NCBI GenBank assembly: GCA_965554225.1
Contig: CBEVZC010000002.1
Location: 746 to 64,745, forward strand
From: an uncultured bacterium
GTDB lineage: Bacteria; Bacteroidota; Ignavibacteria; Ignavibacteriales; Melioribacteraceae
DNA length: 64,000 bases
Direction of reading: 5' to 3'
Under the pieces are notes generated by a model. It saw only the letters and a list, made by a program, of their open reading frames with translations, ran no database searches and was not told the origin of the DNA. A program made the position numbers and the translations under genes. Every line of letters starts with the position of its first letter. The stretch's first letter is position 1. This document shows positions 38,389 to 48,530 of the stretch, piece by piece.

Positions 38389-39193
38389 AAAGCCGGCAGT
38401 AGCAGGAATGTTTTACCCGGCAGATCGAAACGAATTGGAAAGGTTGGTAAAAATGCTGTTAGACCAAAATATTCCAAATGAGCAGTTTGATCATATTTCC
38501 GGAATTGTTTCTCCTCATGCGGGTTATATTTATTCGGGCGGGACGGCTGCTTTTGCATATAATACCGTGAAAGAGAAGAATTATGAAACCGTTGTAGTAA
38601 TTTCTCCAAGTCACAGAGAGTATTTCCCAGGGATATCAATATACGACGGCGATGCTTATTCTACTCCACTTGGCATTGTGGAGATAGAGAAAGGTATGAG
38701 GGAAGCACTAACGAATAATAGTAAAATAATTTTTACGGGTATTCAAGGACATAGGGGGGAACACGCTTTGGAAGTTCAAGTCCCGTTTTTACAAGTTGTA
38801 CTTGATAATTTTAAAATTCTTCCTATAACAATGGGTGACCAAAGTAAAATTTTCATAGATGAATTAGCAGAATCGCTTTCAAAAATAGTTGATGAGAAAA
38901 CTTTGATTGTTGCCAGTTCCGATTTATCCCATTTTTATTCAAGGAAGCAAGCGGAAATATTGGATTCAAGAATAATAGAACGAATAAGCGATTTTGATTA
39001 TCTAGGTTTACAAAACGATCTGGATAATAAAAATTCCGAAGCTTGCGGTGGCGGCGGAATTGTTGCTATGATGAAAGCTTTAGATCTTAAGAATATTAAT
39101 CATGCTAAAGTTCTTGCTCATACCGATTCGGGTGATGTAAGCGGAGATACTTCGGAAGTAGTAGGATATTTATCGGCGGTGGTTTATAAATAA
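38369..39193 (+). CDS. AmmeMemoRadiSam system protein B (Memo-like)
   Basis: AGMFYPAD, SPHAGYIYSGGTAA, HALEVQVPFLQ and SSDLSHF. It overlaps the AMMECR1 gene by 20 nt. Confidence 0.88.
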   Translation: MKMEVVRKPAVAGMFYPADRNELERLVKMLLDQNIPNEQFDHISGIVSPHAGYIYSGGTAAFAYNTVKEKNYETVVVISPSHREYFPGISIYDGDAYSTPLGIVEIEKGMREALTNNSKIIFTGIQGHRGEHALEVQVPFLQVVLDNFKILPITMGDQSKIFIDELAESLSKIVDEKTLIVASSDLSHFYSRKQAEILDSRIIERISDFDYLGLQNDLDNKNSEACGGGGIVAMMKALDLKNINHAKVLAHTDSGDVSGDTSEVVGYLSAVVYK

Positions 39194-39254
39194 TGCTATT
39201 GTACAATATATAGTTCAAATGTTTAGTGGTTTGGAGAATTAAAAGATAAATAAA

Positions 39255-39432
39255 GAACGTTAATTGTAATTGTAAATGGAAGGGAAAACCGTAAATGTAA
39301 AAGGTCAAACGTGAAAACCTGCGAAAATTTAGAGAAGTAAATTACTATAAATTGCTTTTAACTTTAAGTATTTAAGATATTCCAAAAACTGTTTCACAAA
39401 GTTTCACAAAGAGACACAAAGTCGCACAAAGG
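39255..39432 (+). repeat. Composite intergenic element, copy B: A-tract/CGT units plus a perfect 4 x 10-bp tandem (GTTTCACAAA GTTTCACAAA GAGACACAAA GTCGCACAAA)
   Basis: CACAAAG starts at 39395, 39405, 39415 and 39425. The upstream block aaggtcaaacgtgaaaa is 15/17 identical to 29641-29657. The blocks have the same order and orientation as copy A. Confidence 0.65.
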
Positions 39433-39729
39433 AAAACACTTGTAGTTTGTAATAATTTAACTTTAGTTCTAATTTCCCCATTATTTTTAAAAAGTTACTA
39501 AATGTATTTATAGTATTCCTCTTGTAATTTTAAAATCTTTCCCGTAAAATGTATTTTAAGTAAATCTTTTTTACAAGAAGCCTTTGATAAAGCTTTGAAA
39601 AAAGGGGGGCGAAGCTAAATATTCAAAAACTATTTCCAAAATTTTTTATAAGTTTAGTGAAGCCTCATACTCAATAAACAAACGTTCTGATAAAATTAGT
39701 ATTTCATTTCAAGATAAACTGATAGGTAG

Positions 39730-41145
39730 ATGAAGTCTTCAAAACCAATTCTAATTTTAATTTTTTTATTATTCATTTCATCCTGTACTAACCGGCAAAA
39801 AAAGAATCAGCCGGTAAATAGAGATCTCAATCAAATTCTTAAACGTGGAAGAATAACAGCTATTACGGGATACAATGCCTATAGCTATTTCATTTATAAA
39901 GGCAGAGCAATGGGCTATGATTACGATTTGCTAAAGCAACTGGCTGAACATCTTCATGTAAAATTACAAATAATTGTAGAACGCGATATTCGCAAAATGT
40001 TTAATATGCTTAATAACGGGACGGGGGATTTGATAGCTTTCAATCTTACGGTAACTAAGGAAAGGGCAAAACATGTTGCCTTTACGCGGGCTAACCACGA
40101 AACCAGGCAGGTCTTGGTCCAAAGAAAACCGAAAAATTGGCGCAGGATGAAACTGCATAACATTGAGAATAAGCTTGTAAGGTCAACATTGGACTTGGAG
40201 GGCAAAACAATTTATGTCGAAAGCGGGTCTTCGTATATATCCAGATTAAAGCATTTGTCCGATGAGATTGGCGGTGATATTAATATTGTTGAAGCGGACC
40301 CTAATGCAACAACAGAAGATTTAATTAAGATGGTTGCTTATGGTAAAATTAATTACACGGTTGCCGACGAGAATGTTGCTAAGCTTAATCAATCATTTTA
40401 TACAAACATAGATATTAAAACACCAATCTCTTTTCCTCAAAAAATTGCGTGGGCAGTTAGAAAAACTTCTCCGGAACTTCTGAAAACAATAAATCATTGG
40501 CTCGACAGTATTAAAACCACATCAGAGTATTATGTGGTTTATAAGAAATACTTCAACGATAGAAGATTGATTAGATCCCGTATTAACAGTAAATTTTATT
40601 CTTATACCGGCGGTAAGATTTCGCAATATGACGATGTTATTAAAAGGTATGCAGAAAAATTGGGATGGGATTGGAGACTGCTTGCGTCTTTAATTTATCA
40701 AGAATCTGAATTTAATTCTAATGCGAAGTCTTGGACTGGAGCAGTTGGTTTAATGCAATTGCTTCCGGTAACGGCGAAATATTATGGTGCGGTTAATCCG
40801 CTGGAACCTTATCAAAGTTTGGAGGCAGGTTACAAATACATTAAATGGCTCAACAAGTATTGGTCCAAATTTATTTCAGATAAAAAAGAGCGCATTAAAT
40901 TTATACTTGCTTCTTATAACATAGGATTTGGACACATTCAGGATGCAAGAAGATTAGCGAAAAAATACGGAGCTAATCCTAATATTTGGGATAATAATGT
41001 AGAAAACTATTTACTAAAGAAATCAGATCCCAAATACTACAACGATCCGCTGGTTAAAAACGGTTACTGCAGTGGAATTGAAACAGTAGAATACATAAAA
41101 GAAATTTACAATCGATATTCACATTATAAACAGTTTATCCCTTAG
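39730..41145 (+). CDS. mltF: Membrane-bound lytic murein transglycosylase F-like (SBP_bac_3 + SLT domains)
   Basis: 471 aa with a lipoprotein-like signal (ISSC). The N-terminal half is a solute-binding fold. The C-terminal half has SLT motifs (IYQESEFNSNAKSWTGAVGLMQL, YNIGFGH). Confidence 0.82.
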   Translation: MKSSKPILILIFLLFISSCTNRQKKNQPVNRDLNQILKRGRITAITGYNAYSYFIYKGRAMGYDYDLLKQLAEHLHVKLQIIVERDIRKMFNMLNNGTGDLIAFNLTVTKERAKHVAFTRANHETRQVLVQRKPKNWRRMKLHNIENKLVRSTLDLEGKTIYVESGSSYISRLKHLSDEIGGDINIVEADPNATTEDLIKMVAYGKINYTVADENVAKLNQSFYTNIDIKTPISFPQKIAWAVRKTSPELLKTINHWLDSIKTTSEYYVVYKKYFNDRRLIRSRINSKFYSYTGGKISQYDDVIKRYAEKLGWDWRLLASLIYQESEFNSNAKSWTGAVGLMQLLPVTAKYYGAVNPLEPYQSLEAGYKYIKWLNKYWSKFISDKKERIKFILASYNIGFGHIQDARRLAKKYGANPNIWDNNVENYLLKKSDPKYYNDPLVKNGYCSGIETVEYIKEIYNRYSHYKQFIP

Positions 41146-41313
41146 TATCATTTGGATAGATTAAATTTATTCTTTAATTTTTACTCTTACTCCTCACTCA
41201 TTTCGCTTTCACTAACCAACTCAAAATAACAACAGAACAAATTTACAGTCAGAATATATTTTTTCTTGGTAACTTTAAATTTATGCTTAATCTTATATTG
41301 TAAGGAGAACATT

Positions 41314-42630
41314 ATGAAAAAAATAATTGGAATAAGAAAAGAAACGAAATATGCGTCTGAACGAAGAGTGGCAATTACACCCGAACATGCAAAAAAAATA
41401 GTTAATGAACATAATATTGAAATTCTTGTGCAGCCTTCCCAACAAAGAATTTTTCATGATTCGGAATATGTTGAAGCGGGAGCAAAATTAACGGATGATT
41501 TATCCGGTTGTGATTTTATATTTGGTGTAAAAGAAGTGCCTATTGAAGATATGATTGAGAATAAACCTTATTTATTTTTCTCTCACACAATTAAAGCACA
41601 AGCCTATAATATGCCTTTATTAAAAGCAATATTAGAAAAGAAAATTACATTGTTCGACTATGAATTAGTAAAAAACGAAAAAGGACAGCGACTAATTTTC
41701 TTCGGTCGATTCGCCGGTTATGCAGGAACAATAGATTCATTGTGGCTACTTGGACAGAAATATTTATCAGAAGGAATAGAAACACCGTTTACAAAAATAA
41801 AACAAGCCATTGATTATAATAGTCTTGAAGAAGCAAAAGAAGCAGTGAAATTAGTTGGTGAAGAAATAAAACGTAACGGATTGCCTGAAGAAATTACTCC
41901 AATTATTACCGGGTTTACCGGATACGGCAATGTATCAAAAGGAGCTCAAAGTATTTACGATCTTTTGCCTATAGAAGAATTAAAAGCAAGCGAATTAGAC
42001 GATTTCGTTAAAGCCGGAAATTTTTCACCTAATGCGGTTTATAAAATTGAATTTAAAGAGGTTGATATGTACGAGCATACGGTAGGTTCAGATGATTTCG
42101 ATTTCAATTATTTTGTTAACCATCCCACAGAATATAAAAGCATATTTAAACAATATTTACCCAATCTTACAATGTTGATAAACGGTATTTATTGGGCTCC
42201 TGAATTTGAAAGACACGTAACGAAGCAAAGCATGAAAGAGATTTACAGCCAAGATCAAAGTCTGAAATTAAAAGTTATTGGTGATATAACTTGTGATATC
42301 GGCGGTTCGATTGAAATGACGGTAAAAGCCACAAAATCAAGCAAACCTTGTTATGTTTATGAACCTTTAACCGGTAAAATAATTGACGGTTGGGAAGGCA
42401 ATGGTCCTGTAATTTTAGCCGTGGATATTCTTCCCGCCGAATTACCGCGGGAGTCTTCAAAATCTTTTGGTGATGAACTTTTCCCGTTTATTCCTGCTTT
42501 AGCAAATGCAGATTACTCAAAACCTTTTGAAGAATTAAATTTGCCTAAAGAATTTAAACATGCAATTATTGCACACAAAGGTAGACTGACTGAAGATTTT
42601 AATTATCTGGAAGAGCATTTACCAGATTAA
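41314..42630 (+). CDS. Lysine-ketoglutarate reductase-like (saccharopine dehydrogenase, L-lysine-forming; AASS N-terminal homologue)
   Basis: Start at ATG 41314 (AAGGAG at 41302-41307). IGIRKETKYASERRVAITPEH...ILVQPSQQRIFHDSEYVEAGA...YLFFSHTIKAQAYNMPLL parallels the LKR domain of animal AASS. Confidence 0.82.
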   Translation: MKKIIGIRKETKYASERRVAITPEHAKKIVNEHNIEILVQPSQQRIFHDSEYVEAGAKLTDDLSGCDFIFGVKEVPIEDMIENKPYLFFSHTIKAQAYNMPLLKAILEKKITLFDYELVKNEKGQRLIFFGRFAGYAGTIDSLWLLGQKYLSEGIETPFTKIKQAIDYNSLEEAKEAVKLVGEEIKRNGLPEEITPIITGFTGYGNVSKGAQSIYDLLPIEELKASELDDFVKAGNFSPNAVYKIEFKEVDMYEHTVGSDDFDFNYFVNHPTEYKSIFKQYLPNLTMLINGIYWAPEFERHVTKQSMKEIYSQDQSLKLKVIGDITCDIGGSIEMTVKATKSSKPCYVYEPLTGKIIDGWEGNGPVILAVDILPAELPRESSKSFGDELFPFIPALANADYSKPFEELNLPKEFKHAIIAHKGRLTEDFNYLEEHLPD

Positions 42631-42660
42631 AATTAACTGTTAGAAAAATTATTTATTTTA

Positions 42661-42690
42661 AAGATGCTATTTTTCAAGATAGCATCTTTT
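42661..42690 (+). terminator. Putative intrinsic terminator after the LKR-like gene
   Basis: Perfect 10-bp stem AAGATGCTAT (42661-42670) / ATAGCATCTT (42679-42688) with an 8-nt loop. Only a short T-run follows. Confidence 0.5.
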
Positions 42691-42906
42691 CATAATTATT
42701 TTCTTTTTTCTAACCTCTCCGTAATGAAATATTTAACTAAATTTGTTTTTGTTTTGGATTTCCTTCTTTTTATGAACTAAATATTTTAAAAAATTAGAAG
42801 CAAACTTTATTAAGAAATTTTCGATTGTAAATTAGAAATAATTTTCTATTTGGAAAAATTCTGTATATGTTAACGGATTAAATTATCGGATTATAAGGAA
42901 ATAACA

Positions 42907-44256
42907 ATGAAACATGTACTCATTTTGGGAGCTGGACAGAGCACACCATATCTAATTTCTTATATGCTTGAAAATGCACAGAAATATGATTGGTTTGTTA
43001 CCCTTGGTGATCTTGACTACTCTTTAGCTAGTAAAAGAATTAACAATCATCCTCGTGGAACTGCAATAAAATTTGATATTAATGATGCTGATATTAGAAG
43101 AGAATTTATAAAGAAAAGTGATATCGTTATTAATTTGCTTTCTCCAACTTTTCAGTTTTTAATAGCGCTTGACTGCTTAAATTTTAGGAAACATTGTATA
43201 TCGGTTTCCTATGAAAATGTGCGCGTTAAAGATTTACACAGAGATGCAAAAAAAGCCGGAATACTGATATTAAATGAAATGGGTTTAGATCCTGGAATTG
43301 ATCACATGATGGCTATGTCAATTATTCATAAGATAAAAAATCAAGGTGGAGAAGTTCAAAGCTTTATTTCTTACGGAAGTGGAATCCCGGCGCCGGAAGT
43401 TAAATCCAATCCGATGAACTACTGCATAACTTGGAATCCTAGAAATGTTGTCATGGCAGGCGAAAGCGGTTCACTGTATAAAGAAAACGGAAAAATAAAA
43501 GTACTTTCCCGCAATCAGGTTTTTAGAAGAACCTGGAACGTAGATATTGAAGGAATAGGAACCTTAGAAGCATATCCAAACAGAGATTCATTAGTTTACC
43601 TTGATATATTTGACTTACAAAGGGTTGATACGATGATTCGCGGCACTCTAAGATATCCGGGATGGAGCGAAACCTGGCATCAAATAGTACGAATGGGAAT
43701 GCCTAATGAAAATTTACTTATTCCGGATTTGTGCGAAAGAACTTACGCAGAATTTACCGAGATGTTCTTACCACTGAATGTTTCAGGCGATAAACTTGAA
43801 AAGCGAGTTGCTAATTATTTAAATATCAGTCCTACAGGCAAAATAATTGATAATCTTAGGTGGATGGGATTATTTTCCGATGAGAAAATAGACGGCAATG
43901 CAACTACTGCTGCTAAAGTTTTGGAAAAAATACTAATTGAAAAAATGCCTTTACCGCCGGGAGCGCGGGACATGGTTATTCTTCAGCATGAAATAGAAGC
44001 AGTTTATCCCAACGAAAATAACCGTAAGGAAGATATAAAAGCTACATTTATTGAATATGGGGAACCGGACGGGTTTACTGCAATTGCAAAAACTGTAGGA
44101 GCGCCTGCTGCGATAGCTGCTAAATTAATCTTAACCGGTAACCTGGATGTTTCAGGATGTAGAATCCCAACGCATCCGGCTATTTATAATAAAGTGTTAA
44201 AAGAATTAAAGGGACTTGGTTTTGGATTTATCGAAAAAGTGGCTGTCTTGGATTAA
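42907..44256 (+). CDS. Saccharopine dehydrogenase (L-glutamate-forming; AASS C-terminal homologue)
   Basis: MKHVLILGAGQS Rossmann start. LNEMGLDPGIDHMMA, YGSGIPAPE, EAYPNRDS and RGTLRYPGW parallel the SDH domain of AASS. Confidence 0.85.
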   Translation: MKHVLILGAGQSTPYLISYMLENAQKYDWFVTLGDLDYSLASKRINNHPRGTAIKFDINDADIRREFIKKSDIVINLLSPTFQFLIALDCLNFRKHCISVSYENVRVKDLHRDAKKAGILILNEMGLDPGIDHMMAMSIIHKIKNQGGEVQSFISYGSGIPAPEVKSNPMNYCITWNPRNVVMAGESGSLYKENGKIKVLSRNQVFRRTWNVDIEGIGTLEAYPNRDSLVYLDIFDLQRVDTMIRGTLRYPGWSETWHQIVRMGMPNENLLIPDLCERTYAEFTEMFLPLNVSGDKLEKRVANYLNISPTGKIIDNLRWMGLFSDEKIDGNATTAAKVLEKILIEKMPLPPGARDMVILQHEIEAVYPNENNRKEDIKATFIEYGEPDGFTAIAKTVGAPAAIAAKLILTGNLDVSGCRIPTHPAIYNKVLKELKGLGFGFIEKVAVLD

Positions 44257-44480
44257 AGAATAATCGACCTTTTAAATTTCTTTTTTAATCTCTTATGGTA
44301 AATAATGAGAGATAATTATAAAACGAAAGATGTGCATGTTGTTGCTCTCGTTCAGTAATTTACCAAAAAATGTTAAAAGAAACTAAGAATAACAAAATTT
44401 TTCTCCCTTCAATAAACTGAAGTTGTAATTCTTAGCACTAAAAATATAACAATATTTATTTATAAATGTAAAATAATGTT

Positions 44481-45125
44481 TTGAAAAAATATAAAAATAT
44501 AATTTGGGATTGGAATGGAACTCTTTTTGACGATATTGAACTCTGCAAAAATATCATCAATAATGTATTGAAAAAAAGGAATATGCCAATTCTAACTACT
44601 GAATCATACCGTGAAATTTTTACAATTCCTGTTGAAGAATATTATAAAAAAGCCGGTTTTGATTTTAGTAAAGAACCGTTTGAAAAAGTCGGTAAGGAAT
44701 GGATGGAGGAATATGAGCAGAGAAAGTACGAAGCCGATCTTTCTCATGGAGCTTTTGAAACTGTAGTTGCATTACATGCTCAGGGAATTTCACAATCAAT
44801 CCTTTCTGCGTATAAGCAAAACACTCTTAATGAAATAACCGCTAAATTCGGATTAACTCAATACATGTCAAATATTGTCGGACTCGATCATATTTATGCT
44901 ACCGGTAAGGTTGACCTTGGTAAAGAACTTATGCTGAAACTGGAAGGAGGGAAAAAGGATTCCCTTTTAATTGGCGATACATTGCACGATTGTGAAGTTG
45001 CAAAAGAAATTGGTGCCGAAAGTGTTTTAATCTCATCCGGTCACCAGAGCAAAGAACGTTTGCAGCAGTGCGGAGTTAAAGTATTTGATAATTTTGATGT
45101 GCTTAAAGAATATTTGCTAAATTAG
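44481..45125 (+). CDS. HAD-superfamily hydrolase (phosphoglycolate phosphatase-like subfamily IA)
   Basis: 214 aa with a TTG start. Motif I is IIWDWNGTL (D-x-N instead of D-x-D), and motif IV is LIGDTLHD. Confidence 0.75.
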   Translation: MKKYKNIIWDWNGTLFDDIELCKNIINNVLKKRNMPILTTESYREIFTIPVEEYYKKAGFDFSKEPFEKVGKEWMEEYEQRKYEADLSHGAFETVVALHAQGISQSILSAYKQNTLNEITAKFGLTQYMSNIVGLDHIYATGKVDLGKELMLKLEGGKKDSLLIGDTLHDCEVAKEIGAESVLISSGHQSKERLQQCGVKVFDNFDVLKEYLLN

Positions 45126-45372
45126 AAAGTCATTCCCCTTAGAAATCATCATATAATTTATTATTTTATTAACCTAAGATTTAAAGAAGATTATTTTTTT
45201 TGCGAAAAAGATTAAGTAAATAGGCAGAAGGGAGAAACCTTAGCAATTAAGGATTTGCCGTTTCACTAGAAATCTTTCTTATATAAATATCTATAATTAA
45301 ACTATTTATACTTTTATTTTTTTTGTATTGATAAGCGTCACTTTATATCTGCTTTAAGTTTTCGATAATGAA

Positions 45373-48300
45373 ATGAATATAAAGGAGTTTTTTATCAATA
45401 ATAGTTACAAAGTGAAAAGGCTAATCTTTTTAATATTTTTAATAAGCACATCTGCTGCTGCACAAAAATTAAATTTTAAAAGATTTACGGCTCAAGACGG
45501 ACTAAGCATTTCTCAAATTACCTCAATACTTCAGAATAAAGATGGATATTTGTTTATTGGAACAGGTGGTGGTCTTAACATATTTGACGGTAATAAATTT
45601 AAGGTCTATAATACCAGCAATGGTTTAGTTGATAATAATGTAAATAATTTAGTTTCCGATGATAATAATAATATCTGGATTGGAACAGATAAAGGGCTGA
45701 GTAAATTTGACGGTTATTCTTTCGTAAACTATACAAGAGAGGATGGCCTACCTGGTAATACAATATGGAGTCTTTTTTATACTAATGACGGAAAGATTTT
45801 AATTGGAACAAATAATGGATTCTGTATTTATGATAATGGAAATTTCATAACTTTTACTGATTCGATTTTTGAGAATCACAAAGCTGTCTGGTCAATCTAT
45901 AAAGATTCAAAAGGGTTACTTTGGCTTGGAGTAGAAGGAGGTATAATAAATTATGACGGGAACCAATTTTGGCTAAATAAATGGAATAATAGCATTCGCA
46001 ATAAAGCAGTTTTTACTTTTTGTGAATCCCATGAAGGAAGTCTTTGGATAGGTACGGAAGATAATGTTTATACTCTAAAGGATGAAAAGTTGACAAATAT
46101 AAATAGAAAATGGAATGTCAATTTGAAAGGTAATTGGACAATTAAGGAAGATTCGGACAGAAATATATGGATCGGTTCAGATGGGAAATTATCAAAAATT
46201 TCCAAATCAAAAATAAATACGTACAATAAAAATAACGGATTCAGTGAATATCAAGTTTGGGCAATATGTCAGGATAACGAAAAAAATATGTGGTTCGGAA
46301 CTGATGGTGATCTATTTATGCTCACGGATGAAAATTATAAAATGTATGATAAATTGGATGGAAAAAATATAAATGCTTGGTCAATTAAGCAAAATAAAAA
46401 TGACGACATTTGGATTTTAGCGGAAAAATTTAAGGTTCTCAAATTTCACAACAATAAATTAACATACGTTAACATTCCCGGGTTGAAAAATATCTCCGGT
46501 TTAACTTATATACTAGTTGATAGAAAAAATAACTTATGGTTCGGCGCCGATAATTTTTTACTGAAATATGATTACAGAACACTTAATAAAATAAAATTAA
46601 AGACAGATTATTATGGTGATGGAGTTCAATGTTTGCTTGAAGATTCAAACGGAAAAATTTGGTTTGGTACTGTTTATAGCGGCGTATTTAATTTAGAAGA
46701 TAACAAACTTAATCCGGTGGATAAATCGATAGGTTTAAATAGTTTGAATGTGTTTTACTTGTTTCGAGATTCCAAAGGAAATTTATGGGCGGGAACAGGA
46801 AATGGAATAAATAAATATGAAAATGATAAATGGATTACTCCGGAAAATCTCAAAAAGTTAAACAGGTATTCAATAATTAACATTAATGAAGACTTGCAAG
46901 GTAATCTTTGGTTTGGAACCTATGAAATTGGCGTTGTTAAATATTCACCTAAAAGTAATTTGTTTGATACGTTAAGTACAAAAGACGGTTTAAATGATAA
47001 TTCGGTTTTAGCTATTTCGTTTGACGGAAACGGGGGAATGTGGATAGGAACAAATAAAGGATTAAATAAATTTGATCTTCGCACTTATAACCAAACCGGG
47101 AAAAAAATAATTATCCCTTTCAATAGATATGATGGATTCGCGGGAACTGAATTAATTCAGAATGCCGCATTAAAAGACAAAGATGGAAATATGTGGTTCG
47201 GAACGGTAAAGGGTTTATTGAAATTTGATCCCTTGAAGTTAAAATTAACTTCAACTCCGCCGTTAGTTCACATAACAGGTTTAAGTGTTTTCTCTCCAAA
47301 CTTCGAAGAATTAAAATTGGATCGTAAGACATTATTAAAATTTTCAAAGGACGAAGCATTACACTTTGACTATGACTATAATAATATCAGCATTGATTTT
47401 ATTGGAATAAATCTGTCAAATCCATATAATGCTAAGTATTCATACCGGTTTAATAAAGGTATGTGGTCTAAGCCGACAAAATCTTCTAAAATCACATTTC
47501 ACGATTTATCTTCAGGAAAATATGAATTTGAAGTTAGAGCCGAAAACAAGTATAATGTTTGGAGTACAAAAACAGCAAAAGTAAATTTTAATATTGCAAC
47601 GCCATTTTGGAAAACAATTTGGTTCTATGTGCTGTTAGGATTTTTAGTTATGTATCTTACTTATCTATTCTTTACAATTCGGATAAATCATATAAAAAAA
47701 ATGAATAGAGACTTGGAAGAAAGAATTTCAGAAAGATTAAAATTCGAAGAGAAATTAAAACTGAATAAGTTAGAGCTCCAAAAAGCGAAGACTAAAGCCG
47801 AAAAATCAGACAAACTCAAATCTGAATTCCTTGCACAAATGTCGCATGAAATTAGGACGCCGATAAATTCAATTCTAAGTTTTTCAAATTTAATTCAAGA
47901 TGAATTAAAAGATAAATTGGACAGTGAACTTAAAGAAGGGTTCGAGATTGTTAATAGTGGAAGCAGAAGATTAATTAGAACTATCGATTCTATTTTAAAT
48001 ATGTCAAGAATACAAACAGGAAATATTGATCTTACACCGGATCGAATAAAGATTTGTGAAATATTAGATGACTTAAAACAAGAATTTTTAGAAATTGCTA
48101 AATCAAAAAGTATTGACTTTAAAACTAATTATAAAATTACTGACTGTTATGTTTATGCCGATAACTATACGGTTACACAATTATTTGCAAATTTAATTGA
48201 TAATGCCGTTAAATATACTAATAATGGTAAAATTGAAATAACGATTTACGAATTGGACGACAAGATATGTGTTGATATTAAAGATACCGGAATTGGCATG

Positions 48301-48510
48301 TCGAAAGATTTCATTAATAATTTGTTCAAACCATTTACTCAAGAAGACGGCGGCTATACAAGAAAGTTCGAAGGGAACGGTTTAAGTTTAGCATTAGTTA
48401 AAAATTATTGCGAGCTTAATAATGCCGAAATTAATGTAAAATCTGAAAAGGGTAAAGGTTCCATTTTTACTGTTACTTTTAGCAATGAAATTAAAAAAAT
48501 CAATATGTGA
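45373..48510 (+). CDS. Sensor histidine kinase with periplasmic two-component-regulator propeller + Y_Y_Y domains
   Basis: 1045 aa with repeated G-x-W-I/F-GT propeller blades. It has a Y_Y_Y-type Ig region, one TM helix (FWKTIWFYVLLGFLVMYLTYLF), the H-box SEFLAQMSHEIRTPIN, and the N/G boxes NLIDNAVKYT, DTGIGM and GNGLSLAL. There is no adjacent response regulator. Confidence 0.9.
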   Translation: MNIKEFFINNSYKVKRLIFLIFLISTSAAAQKLNFKRFTAQDGLSISQITSILQNKDGYLFIGTGGGLNIFDGNKFKVYNTSNGLVDNNVNNLVSDDNNNIWIGTDKGLSKFDGYSFVNYTREDGLPGNTIWSLFYTNDGKILIGTNNGFCIYDNGNFITFTDSIFENHKAVWSIYKDSKGLLWLGVEGGIINYDGNQFWLNKWNNSIRNKAVFTFCESHEGSLWIGTEDNVYTLKDEKLTNINRKWNVNLKGNWTIKEDSDRNIWIGSDGKLSKISKSKINTYNKNNGFSEYQVWAICQDNEKNMWFGTDGDLFMLTDENYKMYDKLDGKNINAWSIKQNKNDDIWILAEKFKVLKFHNNKLTYVNIPGLKNISGLTYILVDRKNNLWFGADNFLLKYDYRTLNKIKLKTDYYGDGVQCLLEDSNGKIWFGTVYSGVFNLEDNKLNPVDKSIGLNSLNVFYLFRDSKGNLWAGTGNGINKYENDKWITPENLKKLNRYSIININEDLQGNLWFGTYEIGVVKYSPKSNLFDTLSTKDGLNDNSVLAISFDGNGGMWIGTNKGLNKFDLRTYNQTGKKIIIPFNRYDGFAGTELIQNAALKDKDGNMWFGTVKGLLKFDPLKLKLTSTPPLVHITGLSVFSPNFEELKLDRKTLLKFSKDEALHFDYDYNNISIDFIGINLSNPYNAKYSYRFNKGMWSKPTKSSKITFHDLSSGKYEFEVRAENKYNVWSTKTAKVNFNIATPFWKTIWFYVLLGFLVMYLTYLFFTIRINHIKKMNRDLEERISERLKFEEKLKLNKLELQKAKTKAEKSDKLKSEFLAQMSHEIRTPINSILSFSNLIQDELKDKLDSELKEGFEIVNSGSRRLIRTIDSILNMSRIQTGNIDLTPDRIKICEILDDLKQEFLEIAKSKSIDFKTNYKITDCYVYADNYTVTQLFANLIDNAVKYTNNGKIEITIYELDDKICVDIKDTGIGMSKDFINNLFKPFTQEDGGYTRKFEGNGLSLALVKNYCELNNAEINVKSEKGKGSIFTVTFSNEIKKINM

Positions 48511-48530
48511 TTGTTAATTTTCCCCAAAAG

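Noticed and set aside
39391-39431. Tandem 10-bp repeats considered as a CRISPR array or microsatellite
   Set aside because: The units are far too short for CRISPR repeats, there are no spacers, and there are no cas genes. They are reported as part of an intergenic element family instead.
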